Shown here one piece after another: positions 25,564-33,696 of a DNA stretch of 38,398 nt. The stretch covers positions 1-38,398 of IMG/VR virus record IMGVR_UViG_3300028025_001953; one strand, 5' to 3'. How positions within the stretch are numbered: the first letter of the stretch is position 1; each line of letters starts with the position of its first letter. The notes below the pieces were generated by a model. That model saw only the letters and a list, made by a program, of their open reading frames with translations, searched no databases and was not told the DNA's origin. The position numbers were made by a program, and so were the translations under genes. The stretch comes from a virus. Taxonomy: Duplodnaviria; Caudoviricetes.

Positions 25564-25931
25564 GTTAGATCCAAACTTGTACGCACTGATGTACCAATAG
25601 AGCGGGCTATTTCAACCTGCGTTTTTATGCGCTGTGAATTCCCCCGTGATGCTTTAACCCTGGCTTCAACAATACCCATATCAATGTGTAAGCCTTGATT
25701 TTGCAATAAAGCGTGGTCATCTCTTTCTTGCACTGTGTAATTTTTCCCATTAGGCGCTGTGCGTTGTGCAAAATAGATTCTTTGTTGCGCCATAGAGATT
25801 TCATATTGAGATTTAATACGGTGGTACTCCGCTTCTGCCTCAACTAAATCATTATGTGCATCATCTACTTCTTTAGATAGCGCATAAAGTCTTGCCTCAA
25901 TTTGTGCTGGTGTCACTACCTGAGTCATCAA
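25560..25931 (-). CDS. Coiled-coil hypothetical protein in the recombination module
   Basis: AGGAGG RBS; helical; ends 'RSIGTSVR'. Confidence 0.7.
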   Translation of the reverse strand: MMTQVVTPAQIEARLYALSKEVDDAHNDLVEAEAEYHRIKSQYEISMAQQRIYFAQRTAPNGKNYTVQERDDHALLQNQGLHIDMGIVEARVKASRGNSQRIKTQVEIARSIGTSVRTSLDLT

Positions 25932-26181
25932 ATTTCACCTCCTGCACTAATCTAATTCCTTCTGTTTGTTGTTTTTCTTGTAATTTAATTACCTTTGCGG
26001 CATCTGCTGATAAATCCATAGGATCTGGAACAAGTTGAAAACCTGCTCTTTCCATAGCCTCTGCTAACGCTTCTGGAAACATATCTAGTTCTCTTGCAAC
26101 TGATCTGATTCCCAAGATGTTTCCATGTACCGCCACAACAAATCCTGCTGGTGGGGTGAATTTCTTATTTTTGTCACTCAT
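25897..26181 (-). CDS. Hypothetical protein (start MSDKNKK)
   Basis: ATGA overlap with the upstream gene. Confidence 0.6.
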   Translation of the reverse strand: MSDKNKKFTPPAGFVVAVHGNILGIRSVARELDMFPEALAEAMERAGFQLVPDPMDLSADAAKVIKLQEKQQTEGIRLVQEVKFDDSGSDTSTN

Positions 26182-26489
26182 AACATCATTCCTTCCTCTA
26201 CTGCTCTCCAAACAATACATTCATTATTGTTATTGTTTTTTCTAGTAGTTCCAGTATCAATGATGTAACCATCTTTCCATAAACTTAATCTTGTTGGTCT
26301 TATGGTGTTACCATCAATTTTTAAAGTGTTTTCTATTTCTTGATCTGTTGCGCCCCTAAGCCCTTGCGCCAAAATGTGTTCATACACCTTTCTACGCAAG
26401 GACCCAGTTCGAGGCAAGACATTTGCAGCAGCAGCGATAGATGTGCGCTGAGCATTGTGCGCAACTATGACGGAATTTCTATCTATCAC
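26178..26489 (-). CDS. Winged-helix DNA-binding protein
   Basis: 'TS..AA...GATDQEI...NTIRP...L...G.I.DTG.TR....C.VW' pattern. Confidence 0.7.
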   Translation of the reverse strand: MIDRNSVIVAHNAQRTSIAAAANVLPRTGSLRRKVYEHILAQGLRGATDQEIENTLKIDGNTIRPTRLSLWKDGYIIDTGTTRKNNNNNECIVWRAVEEGMML

Positions 26490-27049
26490 TTTAGCCCTCC
26501 TGCCTTTTTGTTTATCGCATCAAGTAATGTAACTCCATTTATTTTGATTTCAAGTAAATCGGTATTGGTGCGATAAATATTTTTCAATTCATCTTTAGTT
26601 TGTGCTGCATCAACTTGACCAAAAGCGGCTGTTGCTAATCCAATTTCTGAATCTGTATATTCACGCTTTACTTTTGGAGCAGGTTGTTCAACCCTTGATG
26701 CTTTTTGCATATCTTGTTGAGTTGGTCTAATTGGTTTTTTAGTATTTGGATCAATACCTAAATAACCAGCAAGGCTTAATGCTCTACCAGTTGCAGAAGT
26801 TGATGCGTTTTCTAACGCTGATGATTTGTTTACAAAAGAACTTCCAACCATTTCTTCTGCAACATCAACAAACATTAAAACATCACCATAATAAATGTTG
26901 CTTTCAACAACATATTGAACAGGGCGTAATGTTTGTGGATCTCTTACTATTTCCAGAATTTTTGCATGAATTCGCACATCTTTATGATCTGCGTGAATTC
27001 TTACAAGCCGCTCTGCTGCGGTTTCATAGCCTTCATAGTTTCCAGCCAT
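26486..27049 (-). CDS. Single-strand annealing protein (Rad52/Sak-like)
   Basis: 'YE...ERL' and 'SALENASTSATGRAL...G' motifs; same operon as the exonuclease. Confidence 0.65.
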   Translation of the reverse strand: MAGNYEGYETAAERLVRIHADHKDVRIHAKILEIVRDPQTLRPVQYVVESNIYYGDVLMFVDVAEEMVGSSFVNKSSALENASTSATGRALSLAGYLGIDPNTKKPIRPTQQDMQKASRVEQPAPKVKREYTDSEIGLATAAFGQVDAAQTKDELKNIYRTNTDLLEIKINGVTLLDAINKKAGGLK

Positions 27050-27179
27050 AATTTATTCCTCCATAATCTATGAGCCTTTTGGCTCTGGGTGGCATTAGGG
27101 TATAGACCACCACCGTCAATTACAAGCACCCTAGGGGGCGTGTGGCATGAGAAAATAGGGGCCTAGGGAGAGGGCTTAA
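27050..27179. promoter_or_regulatory. Divergent promoter region
   Basis: Only divergent intergenic gap; minus strand TTGTAA-17 nt-TACCCT and a GAGCC-AAAA-GGCTC hairpin; plus strand GGGAGAGG RBS. Confidence 0.5.
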
Positions 27180-27782
27180 ATGACCACGCTGGTAGCAATT
27201 CAGAATCAAGATTGGTGCATAATCGCGGCTGATTCACAAGCCACTGATTCATTCCGTAAATATGACATTTCGCCAACAGGTAAGATCAATTTAAATAATG
27301 GGTATTTGTTTGCCTCTGCGGGCTTGTGCCGTGGTCAAAATTTATTGGCTTTTGGTTGGACACCACCACGCCCGCCAAAACATAATTTAGATAAATTTAT
27401 TACAAAAGTATTTATACCTGCCATGCGTAAACATTTTATTGCTTCAGGTTATGACATGAAAGATGATGGAGATATTGCAAGTTTTGATAATGATTTATTA
27501 ATTGGTGTTCGCGGTGTAATTTATAGTATTGATTCTTCTTATGCTTGGGAGCGCACATCAGGTTGTATTTACACTGCTGGCTCTGGTGGCTCTTATGCTA
27601 TGGGCGCTTTAGATGCTTACCAGGTAGAAGAAAAATCTTCTTATGAAGATGCAATAGCGATTGCAGTAAGAGCGGTTGAGATAGCAATAAGGCGTGATCC
27701 CTACTCAGGCGGTAAAGTCCAAGTAGGGATTCAACACCGCAACGGCAAGTGTTTAGTTGAAACGCTTGATGATGATGATTAA
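27180..27782 (+). CDS. Proteasome beta-subunit/HslV-like Ntn threonine protease
   Basis: N-terminal M-TT, 'IAADSQ', conserved Lys, 'GSGG.YA.GAL' and 'RD.YSGG'. Confidence 0.85.
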   Translation: MTTLVAIQNQDWCIIAADSQATDSFRKYDISPTGKINLNNGYLFASAGLCRGQNLLAFGWTPPRPPKHNLDKFITKVFIPAMRKHFIASGYDMKDDGDIASFDNDLLIGVRGVIYSIDSSYAWERTSGCIYTAGSGGSYAMGALDAYQVEEKSSYEDAIAIAVRAVEIAIRRDPYSGGKVQVGIQHRNGKCLVETLDDDD

Positions 27783-27784
27783 AT

Positions 27785-28819
27785 TTAATCAAGCCAAACT
27801 TTATATGCTGCTGTAACACGGCCTTTAACTGGATCAATAAAGTGCAAACGCTGTGATGGTGTAGCACTGGCAGCCAACATAACTCCTGCATAACGGTTTT
27901 CTGATTCTGTTGATCCTGTTTGGAAAACAGAACCTAATCCATTTGGCAGCGCCCATTCATTGTGTGTGTGGTAATGCCCAATATAACAATCTCTAAAATG
28001 CCAAGGATAAGAACCAGATAGCCAACGGGAAACATGGCCAACAATTGCGGTGGGTGATGCAAAACCATTACGGCCTACTTCATCACCATGAATTAATAAT
28101 GCGCGGTAATTACCAATTTCAATACGCTGTATATCTTCTGGGCAATCTTGCCATGTTAAACGCTTTTCATGTTGCAATAATTGTTTTGCCAACTCATAAC
28201 ACATGCGGTCAAAATTGTCTGATCTAGGTACATTGTCGCGCTTAGATCCAATTCTTCCGTGGTTTCCCCACTCAGGAACTACCGTAACTTTTTCATAGTT
28301 TGTTAATGCGTAACGCACTACATCAACAATTAACCTAGATACATTTACATATTGTTCAAATATAGTTGAATCAATTTCAAACGCTTGGCCAGGGAAATTA
28401 AATAAACCTTCAACCATGTCACCGCCAAAACAAACATATACTTCTTTAACTGGGTGATCTTTGCGCTGTATGTCTGTAATGCGTACGGCTTTTTCACAAA
28501 ATTCTAAAACTCTTTTGCGCATGATTTCACTGTTGTAAGACGGTGTGCGCTTGGCTCCTTGCCAGTCTGTCATGTGCCATAAAGCAACTTCAGGTTTTGT
28601 GTTTCTTTTATCTGCTGATGGTTGTTGTATTGGCGTAATCTTTCCAAATGTAAGCATTGCATCATAAGCCGCTTGTTGTGTTGTTTGAACTAAATCTTCT
28701 GTGCGTTCCTTGGCTTGCTTTAATTGTTTTTGTACGCGCAACAAGGCACTGCGTAATTCTTTTACATCAGAAGATTCAATACCTTCAGGCAGTTCATCAA
28801 ATTTATCTTTAAGGCTCAT
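27785..28819 (-). CDS. Calcineurin-like metallophosphoesterase with N-terminal coiled coil
   Basis: 'TDWQ', 'GGDMVEG', 'GNHG', 'HG' and 'GHYH' motifs. Confidence 0.85.
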   Translation of the reverse strand: MSLKDKFDELPEGIESSDVKELRSALLRVQKQLKQAKERTEDLVQTTQQAAYDAMLTFGKITPIQQPSADKRNTKPEVALWHMTDWQGAKRTPSYNSEIMRKRVLEFCEKAVRITDIQRKDHPVKEVYVCFGGDMVEGLFNFPGQAFEIDSTIFEQYVNVSRLIVDVVRYALTNYEKVTVVPEWGNHGRIGSKRDNVPRSDNFDRMCYELAKQLLQHEKRLTWQDCPEDIQRIEIGNYRALLIHGDEVGRNGFASPTAIVGHVSRWLSGSYPWHFRDCYIGHYHTHNEWALPNGLGSVFQTGSTESENRYAGVMLAASATPSQRLHFIDPVKGRVTAAYKVWLD

Positions 28820-29063
28820 TTTTAATTATTTCTCTGCCGTGTTTTGTGTAACCTTCTTTATCAAGCCAACTATCTTCAATTTCTGGGTTGGCTACGCATC
28901 TAATTGTTTTACCAAAATCGTACATTAAGGCAACAATGTGAGCAGGAATAGGATCAGTGCCAAGAATTGCTCCCCAACCAATGCCAATATTAGTGAAATT
29001 GCGTCTAGCATCTCCATATTGATCCTCCCTATCTTTTAGTATTTTTTCTATTTTACCCAGCAT
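28809..29063 (-). CDS. DUF6378-like small helical protein
   Basis: 'R..QYGD...NF..I...W...L.......VAL......K..R......DSW.D..GY'. Confidence 0.7.
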   Translation of the reverse strand: MLGKIEKILKDREDQYGDARRNFTNIGIGWGAILGTDPIPAHIVALMYDFGKTIRCVANPEIEDSWLDKEGYTKHGREIIKNEP

Positions 29064-29287
29064 TTACACACCTTGTTTTTGTGCGCTCTTAAAGTTTCAT
29101 TGCTGCTTTTGTAACCTTCAGATCTAATGGCTGTCAAAATAGTATTGATTGGATAGTTTTTAGCCCATGCTTCATCTAAAGCAATTTGATCTTCTTTTGG
29201 CAATGAATCGTAAAGCGTTTTATACGGACACTCTAAAATGTTTCTTTTATTGATTGCTAATTGATTTAATTTATCTGCTATTCCCAT
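29048..29287 (-). CDS. Hypothetical protein (HTH-like, C...H...C.C)
   Basis: AGGAGG RBS; first gene of the phosphoesterase module. Confidence 0.65.
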   Translation of the reverse strand: MGIADKLNQLAINKRNILECPYKTLYDSLPKEDQIALDEAWAKNYPINTILTAIRSEGYKSSNETLRAHKNKVCKCWVK

Positions 29288-29322
29288 GTTTGCCTCCTAT
29301 GTAAAGATTACACTAAAAAATC

Positions 29323-29379
29323 AAAAAAGAGCAGTTTCAACACATGCTCAGGTGCTTTTTTTCCCATGGAGGCGGGAAA
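29323..29379 (-). terminator. 3' end of the lysis operon: anti-RBS hairpin plus intrinsic terminator
   Basis: TTTCCC-GCCTCCAT-GGGAAA, then a GAGCA...TGCTC stem followed by TTTTTT. Confidence 0.7.
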
Positions 29380-29380
29380 T

Positions 29381-29623
29381 CTATTCGGCCTTCTTTCTAG
29401 TTTTCTTTAATTGGGCCATGGATTTCTCAGCAATAACTCCAAAATCTGTTTCTGTTGGGTCAATATACCTGGCAACGGGAGCCAATAAAGCCCCAAGCAA
29501 TACCGCTACTTCAGGTTTAACATCTGCTGCAAGAGCCAGAATTAATACAAATGCAGAGGCTACAACTGCTCGCAAATAACTTTTAATCATTTTCTTTTTG
29601 TTGTTATCAATCTTAATTTTCAT
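29381..29623 (-). CDS. Holin
   Basis: Two TM segments, 'SYLRA...P..RY.DP....FG', basic tail; follows the endolysin. Confidence 0.75.
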   Translation of the reverse strand: MKIKIDNNKKKMIKSYLRAVVASAFVLILALAADVKPEVAVLLGALLAPVARYIDPTETDFGVIAEKSMAQLKKTRKKAE

Positions 29624-29631
29624 GTTTCTCC

Positions 29632-30090
29632 TTATGGTCTTGCTACACCCAAAACAAGGGCATAACTCCGTGTCTTAGCATACACCGCTCCGCCATTTGA
29701 TTGGGAGCCTTTATCTGATGTATTACCCTCTACTGTCTTTAAAGCCTTAATTCTTTTCATGTTTTTTGTAACTATTCCTACATGGTCAGGCTCAGCATCT
29801 TTATCAAACTGGAAAAAAACAATATCGCCTTCCTGCGCCTGTCCAACTGGCACTAATTTGTTTTGCTTAGCAAACCATTTTAGTCCAGCATCACATGAAG
29901 CAAACCCTTTTTTATTTTGTGCTGCAATATTTTTACCTAAGCCCGCTTGGTTGTAGCACCAAGAAACAAACATAGCGCACCATGGTTGGCGATCTAAGCC
30001 ATACCACTTTCCGTACATAGTGCTGTTATTGCCTATTTCTTTATAGCCTATTTGTGATTTGGCAATATCTACTACTCTATTATTTAGCAT
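29632..30090 (-). CDS. Endolysin, CHAP/NlpC-type cysteine amidase
   Basis: 'PWCAMFVSW', 'GDIVFF', 'HVGIV' and 'EGNT'. Confidence 0.9.
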   Translation of the reverse strand: MLNNRVVDIAKSQIGYKEIGNNSTMYGKWYGLDRQPWCAMFVSWCYNQAGLGKNIAAQNKKGFASCDAGLKWFAKQNKLVPVGQAQEGDIVFFQFDKDAEPDHVGIVTKNMKRIKALKTVEGNTSDKGSQSNGGAVYAKTRSYALVLGVARP

Positions 30091-30307
30091 TTTTATCAGA
30101 AATAATTAAAAAGTAAACTTGGTCTAATCTGGTTTCTAATTTTTTAACTTTAATATCAATTTCATTAACTTTATCTTTAATTGATGAGCCACCATTTTGT
30201 TTAAGTTCGCCAAGATAATGTTTTACTAAGTGTCTAACAACTATTGCAAGAGTTCCTACAAGAGTTGTAACACTTACGGCAAGACCAGCCCATTCATTTG
30301 TAGTCAT
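30080..30307 (-). CDS. Lysis-cassette membrane protein (TM helix plus coiled coil)
   Basis: N-terminal TM helix and 'NGGSSIKD' motif common in actinophage lysis modules. Confidence 0.7.
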   Translation of the reverse strand: MTTNEWAGLAVSVTTLVGTLAIVVRHLVKHYLGELKQNGGSSIKDKVNEIDIKVKKLETRLDQVYFLIISDKNAK

Positions 30308-30333
30308 TGTAATCTTTCAGGTAGTAGTAATGA

Positions 30334-30951
30334 TTACATATTATAGTACGGAATTTTTACATCTGTGCCAGCAATTTTAACTATTACATATCCAAGCGGA
30401 TTGGCTGGTAATGCGCTTGCTGCACCCGCAGCACCTACTGTTGTGGCTGTGCTTGTTGTAGAAAAATTGAAAATTCCAACCGTAGTTGTGCCAGTAGATG
30501 TTAAATTTGTAGCGGATACCGTTCCTGCACTTGCGGTTATATTACCTGCGGTTGCAACAATATTGCCCGTTGTTGCGGTTATATCTGTTCCTGCCGTAAC
30601 CGTTGTTCCAGCACTTACGCTTCCAGCAGTAGCAGAAATATTGCCCGTGTTTGCAGTTAAATTACCGCTAGTTATTGTTGCTCCGTTAGCAACGCTTATG
30701 CCCTGAGAAAATGTTTGTAATGCTGTAAATGTAGTTGCAAATCCGCTTGTAGAAATAGTTTGAACATTTGCTAGTAATGTTTTTAAATTACCCGTGGCGG
30801 TGTTGTACCAAATATCACCAGTTCTAGCATTTACTGGATCAGTAGTTACATTCGGGGCTGTAAATCGGGTGGCTGTTTCTAATAAACGCAAACGGGTATT
30901 TATATCTGCCTGTAAAGCGCGTAGATCAGGTGGTTGATTTATGTAGGCCAT
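30334..30951 (-). CDS. Minor tail/fibre-like protein
   Basis: 'RLRLLET' coiled start, 'GDIWYNT', Thr/Gly/Ala repeats ('GNI.A.AG.V.A'). Confidence 0.65.
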   Translation of the reverse strand: MAYINQPPDLRALQADINTRLRLLETATRFTAPNVTTDPVNARTGDIWYNTATGNLKTLLANVQTISTSGFATTFTALQTFSQGISVANGATITSGNLTANTGNISATAGSVSAGTTVTAGTDITATTGNIVATAGNITASAGTVSATNLTSTGTTTVGIFNFSTTSTATTVGAAGAASALPANPLGYVIVKIAGTDVKIPYYNM

Positions 30952-30957
30952 GATTTC

Positions 30958-32049
30958 CTAATTGCTTGTTTGGGTTAGCGTAATTGTAACGCGCTCTGGT
31001 CCATCTTCACCTGGTTGGATATTCAAGCCTACAATTCTATAAACTTCATCTAGCCCTGTTGGGAAACGGCTATCTGTAATTATTAAACGGGCATCATCAC
31101 CAATATTGTAACTTCCATATACAGGATCAACAAAAGCGGGAACTACCATTTTTATTGTGGTTGGCGGATAAGATAAAGCGTTTACTTGGCCTTGGGTTAA
31201 TTCGGTCAATAAATTAGAACTTGTTACATCTGAGTAGTTAGCCTGATCTTCTAATAGCGCCCAACCATCTGCATATTTAGTTGCATCTGAGGCTGTGGCT
31301 AGTAATTTACCTTCATTGGATCCTGCGCCTAATCCATAAATTGTATTAGCAGCAATTGAGCCATCTTCAGGATAAACATATTCAACAACATTGCCAGCAG
31401 GAAAATTAAATACAATTGCAAAAGGATCATTAACATCATAAACGGTTCCAATACGGGGATAACCTAATTCTAAAGTTTTAATTATATTGCCACTTGAATA
31501 AGAACAATTAATTAAAAAATCAAAACCATCTTCTTGGCGGGATAAATCTTGAACTGCTGCATAAACTTGTTTTAATTCATAACCGTAATATGTTCTGGAC
31601 ACTAAAACACCAGATGTGTTTGATGGAACAATAACCCCAATATTTCCAAAAGAAGCAGCCTGGGCTGTATTAAAAAGTGATTGAGCAATAGTTAATTGGT
31701 CCACATTTGTAAATACGGCATCTGCTGTTATGCGCCTGCGCTCAAAATAAGATTCAAATTCACGGGCTATTAAATTTAACTTTTGCTCAGCGCTATTATA
31801 TTCACGGTTCCAAATAATGCCGCCCCATACAATTTCAGCGTTACGATCTACATAAATAGCGCATTTGCCAGGTATGGTTGAAGCATCAACATTGAATTCA
31901 AATCCGCTTAAACCTGATAAAAGTAAATGTCCAGTAAGAGTTCCAGCCTGATTTAACTGTTGATTAAAAGATACACCCGTTAAAGGCAGTTCTCCTAATA
32001 TGTCATTAGTTAATAGATCTGCAAAAAGATACCGATAGGTAGTAGTCAT
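30958..32049 (-). CDS. Minor tail (hub/Tal-like, Gp37-like) protein
   Basis: 363 aa; 'IVWGGIIW', 'GAGSNEG' and 'YNIGD' pattern of actinophage hub proteins. Confidence 0.75.
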   Translation of the reverse strand: MTTTYRYLFADLLTNDILGELPLTGVSFNQQLNQAGTLTGHLLLSGLSGFEFNVDASTIPGKCAIYVDRNAEIVWGGIIWNREYNSAEQKLNLIAREFESYFERRRITADAVFTNVDQLTIAQSLFNTAQAASFGNIGVIVPSNTSGVLVSRTYYGYELKQVYAAVQDLSRQEDGFDFLINCSYSSGNIIKTLELGYPRIGTVYDVNDPFAIVFNFPAGNVVEYVYPEDGSIAANTIYGLGAGSNEGKLLATASDATKYADGWALLEDQANYSDVTSSNLLTELTQGQVNALSYPPTTIKMVVPAFVDPVYGSYNIGDDARLIITDSRFPTGLDEVYRIVGLNIQPGEDGPERVTITLTQTSN

Positions 32050-32255
32050 TATGTAATTCTACCCCAACGGATTTTGTTCCATACTCTTTCGTGATAATAA
32101 TAAATAGCAACTTTAACAACGGTTTCCCAAAAGGCTATAAGTGTAGCCAAACTGCCTTTGCCTGTAATTACATAAACTACCGCCCATGAACTTAGGGTTC
32201 CAAATATTCTGTAACTTAAAGACTTGGTAAAAGACCGCGCCTTTGTTACCTTCAT
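32049..32255 (-). CDS. DUF2061-like small membrane protein
   Basis: 'RS..KS.SYR...T.......' and 'YYYHERVW...WG'. Confidence 0.75.
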   Translation of the reverse strand: MKVTKARSFTKSLSYRIFGTLSSWAVVYVITGKGSLATLIAFWETVVKVAIYYYHERVWNKIRWGRIT

Positions 32256-32995
32256 ATTCCTAATTCTTTCCTTTTTTCAGTTGCAGATATAGCGTGTATT
32301 TCTGCCCCTAAATCTACTTGTTCAATTTTATATCCAACATCTCTGCCATAAACTATGTTTGTAATGTTTGGCATTTTTACAACAAAAGGTGACCGTGTGG
32401 CGGTTCGTATCCTATTGGCAACTTCTTGAAAAGGTAAAGGGTCTTTCTCGCTAGTGCCGTAAGTATCTCTGACCCCAACAACAACTTGTTCTGTTCGCTC
32501 ATGTGCCTTCTCCTTTAGTGCTTCGTGTCCTTCGTGCCAAGGTTGATAACGCCCAAGCAAAAGGGTAGTAGGTGCTTTCCAATCAGGCAACTTAAATTGT
32601 TTAATAATAAGTTGCACTTCTTCATCTATTGTTAGCCCTGCCTTAATTTCTAAATCACAATCTGTTGGATCTTGCCACATTTTATTTGTGTCCTCAAATC
32701 GCCCTTGTTCAATTCTATTGACCCAAATTAAAATATCAGGCTTGCCAAACGCCTCTCTTGTTTCATTTGTTGGGCATATAAAATCTACTATAACTATTTG
32801 ATTTTCTAATAGTCTTGCTAATTCGCCTAAGCGTCTAGCGTTTTCAATGCGGTCTTTTAATTCAAATCCTAAATCTTTATTTAGCCCCGCTCTAACTTTA
32901 TCTGCGTTTATATGTATAGCGTTTATGCGGTCTGCTAACGCTTCCGCTAATATTGTTTTGCCAGCACCAGCCTGTCCAATTATTTGAATAATCAC
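32252..32995 (-). CDS. cysC: Adenylyl-sulfate kinase fused to an HxGH nucleotidyltransferase domain
   Basis: P-loop 'GQAGAGKT', 'D.VR.GLNKDLGF...DR.EN.RR.GE.A' (CysC), then 'GRYQPWHEGH', 'YGRDVG' and 'ISAT'. Confidence 0.85.
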   Translation of the reverse strand: MIIQIIGQAGAGKTILAEALADRINAIHINADKVRAGLNKDLGFELKDRIENARRLGELARLLENQIVIVDFICPTNETREAFGKPDILIWVNRIEQGRFEDTNKMWQDPTDCDLEIKAGLTIDEEVQLIIKQFKLPDWKAPTTLLLGRYQPWHEGHEALKEKAHERTEQVVVGVRDTYGTSEKDPLPFQEVANRIRTATRSPFVVKMPNITNIVYGRDVGYKIEQVDLGAEIHAISATEKRKELGI

Positions 32996-32997
32996 AA

Positions 32998-33696
32998 TTA
33001 GTTAAACTCTTTTTTATTCCAAAATTGTAATTTGTAACTGTTAAACCATTTTGTATTTAATTGATAATCAATTTTATGGGCTTTTTTTCTATTTTCTTCG
33101 TTGCCAAATTGCATTTTCCATTTTTCTCTTTTAAAAGGTATTACCTGTGCCATAGGTGTTCCAGCAGGAATCAATCCTTCAAACTTTTTATTTTCTAAAG
33201 CAAAAGGAAAATGAATTGTATAAGCATAATTATCTGTATCTACAACCCCAGGCAATATATTTATTTTAGTATCGGGTCTGTGCATGGGGGGAATAATTAA
33301 ACAAGAATATCCTTTAGGTGTTTCAATAATCCAATTGTTAATAAATTTTGGGGCTGCTATGTATTCGTTTAATTTCGGATAATAATTAAATTGTGGCTTA
33401 GGGTGAAAAGTTATTTCTCCAGCGTTCCACATGTAATAAGGTTCGTTATCTACTTGTTTTATGTATAAATCAAAAGGCGTAAATAAAATATAACCTGCCG
33501 TTATTGCATCAAAAACTGGCATACATTTTTTAATAGTAGAAGGGTTGTTTGGTTTTCCATCATCATGTTTAGGATTAGGTTCTTTTTTATCGTGTACATA
33601 TTCTTTCATCTGCAAATACCAATTAGGTAAGTTTTTAATTGCTGGTGCAGGTGGATATAAATTATGCCCTAAAACATCTGTAAAAATTATGTTCAT
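32998..33696 (-). CDS. Conserved phage protein (DUF6065/dUTPase-like beta fold)
   Basis: 'P.WY', 'TIKKCMPVFDA...GY', 'W.IETPKGYS', 'GVVDTD' and 'GTPMAQVIPFKR'. Confidence 0.65.
   Translation of the reverse strand: MNIIFTDVLGHNLYPPAPAIKNLPNWYLQMKEYVHDKKEPNPKHDDGKPNNPSTIKKCMPVFDAITAGYILFTPFDLYIKQVDNEPYYMWNAGEITFHPKPQFNYYPKLNEYIAAPKFINNWIIETPKGYSCLIIPPMHRPDTKINILPGVVDTDNYAYTIHFPFALENKKFEGLIPAGTPMAQVIPFKREKWKMQFGNEENRKKAHKIDYQLNTKWFNSYKLQFWNKKEFN

Noticed and set aside
27777-27790. Perfect 14-bp palindrome GATTAAATTTAATC
   Set aside because: Explained by two convergent genes both ending GAT-TAA; too AT-rich for a terminator
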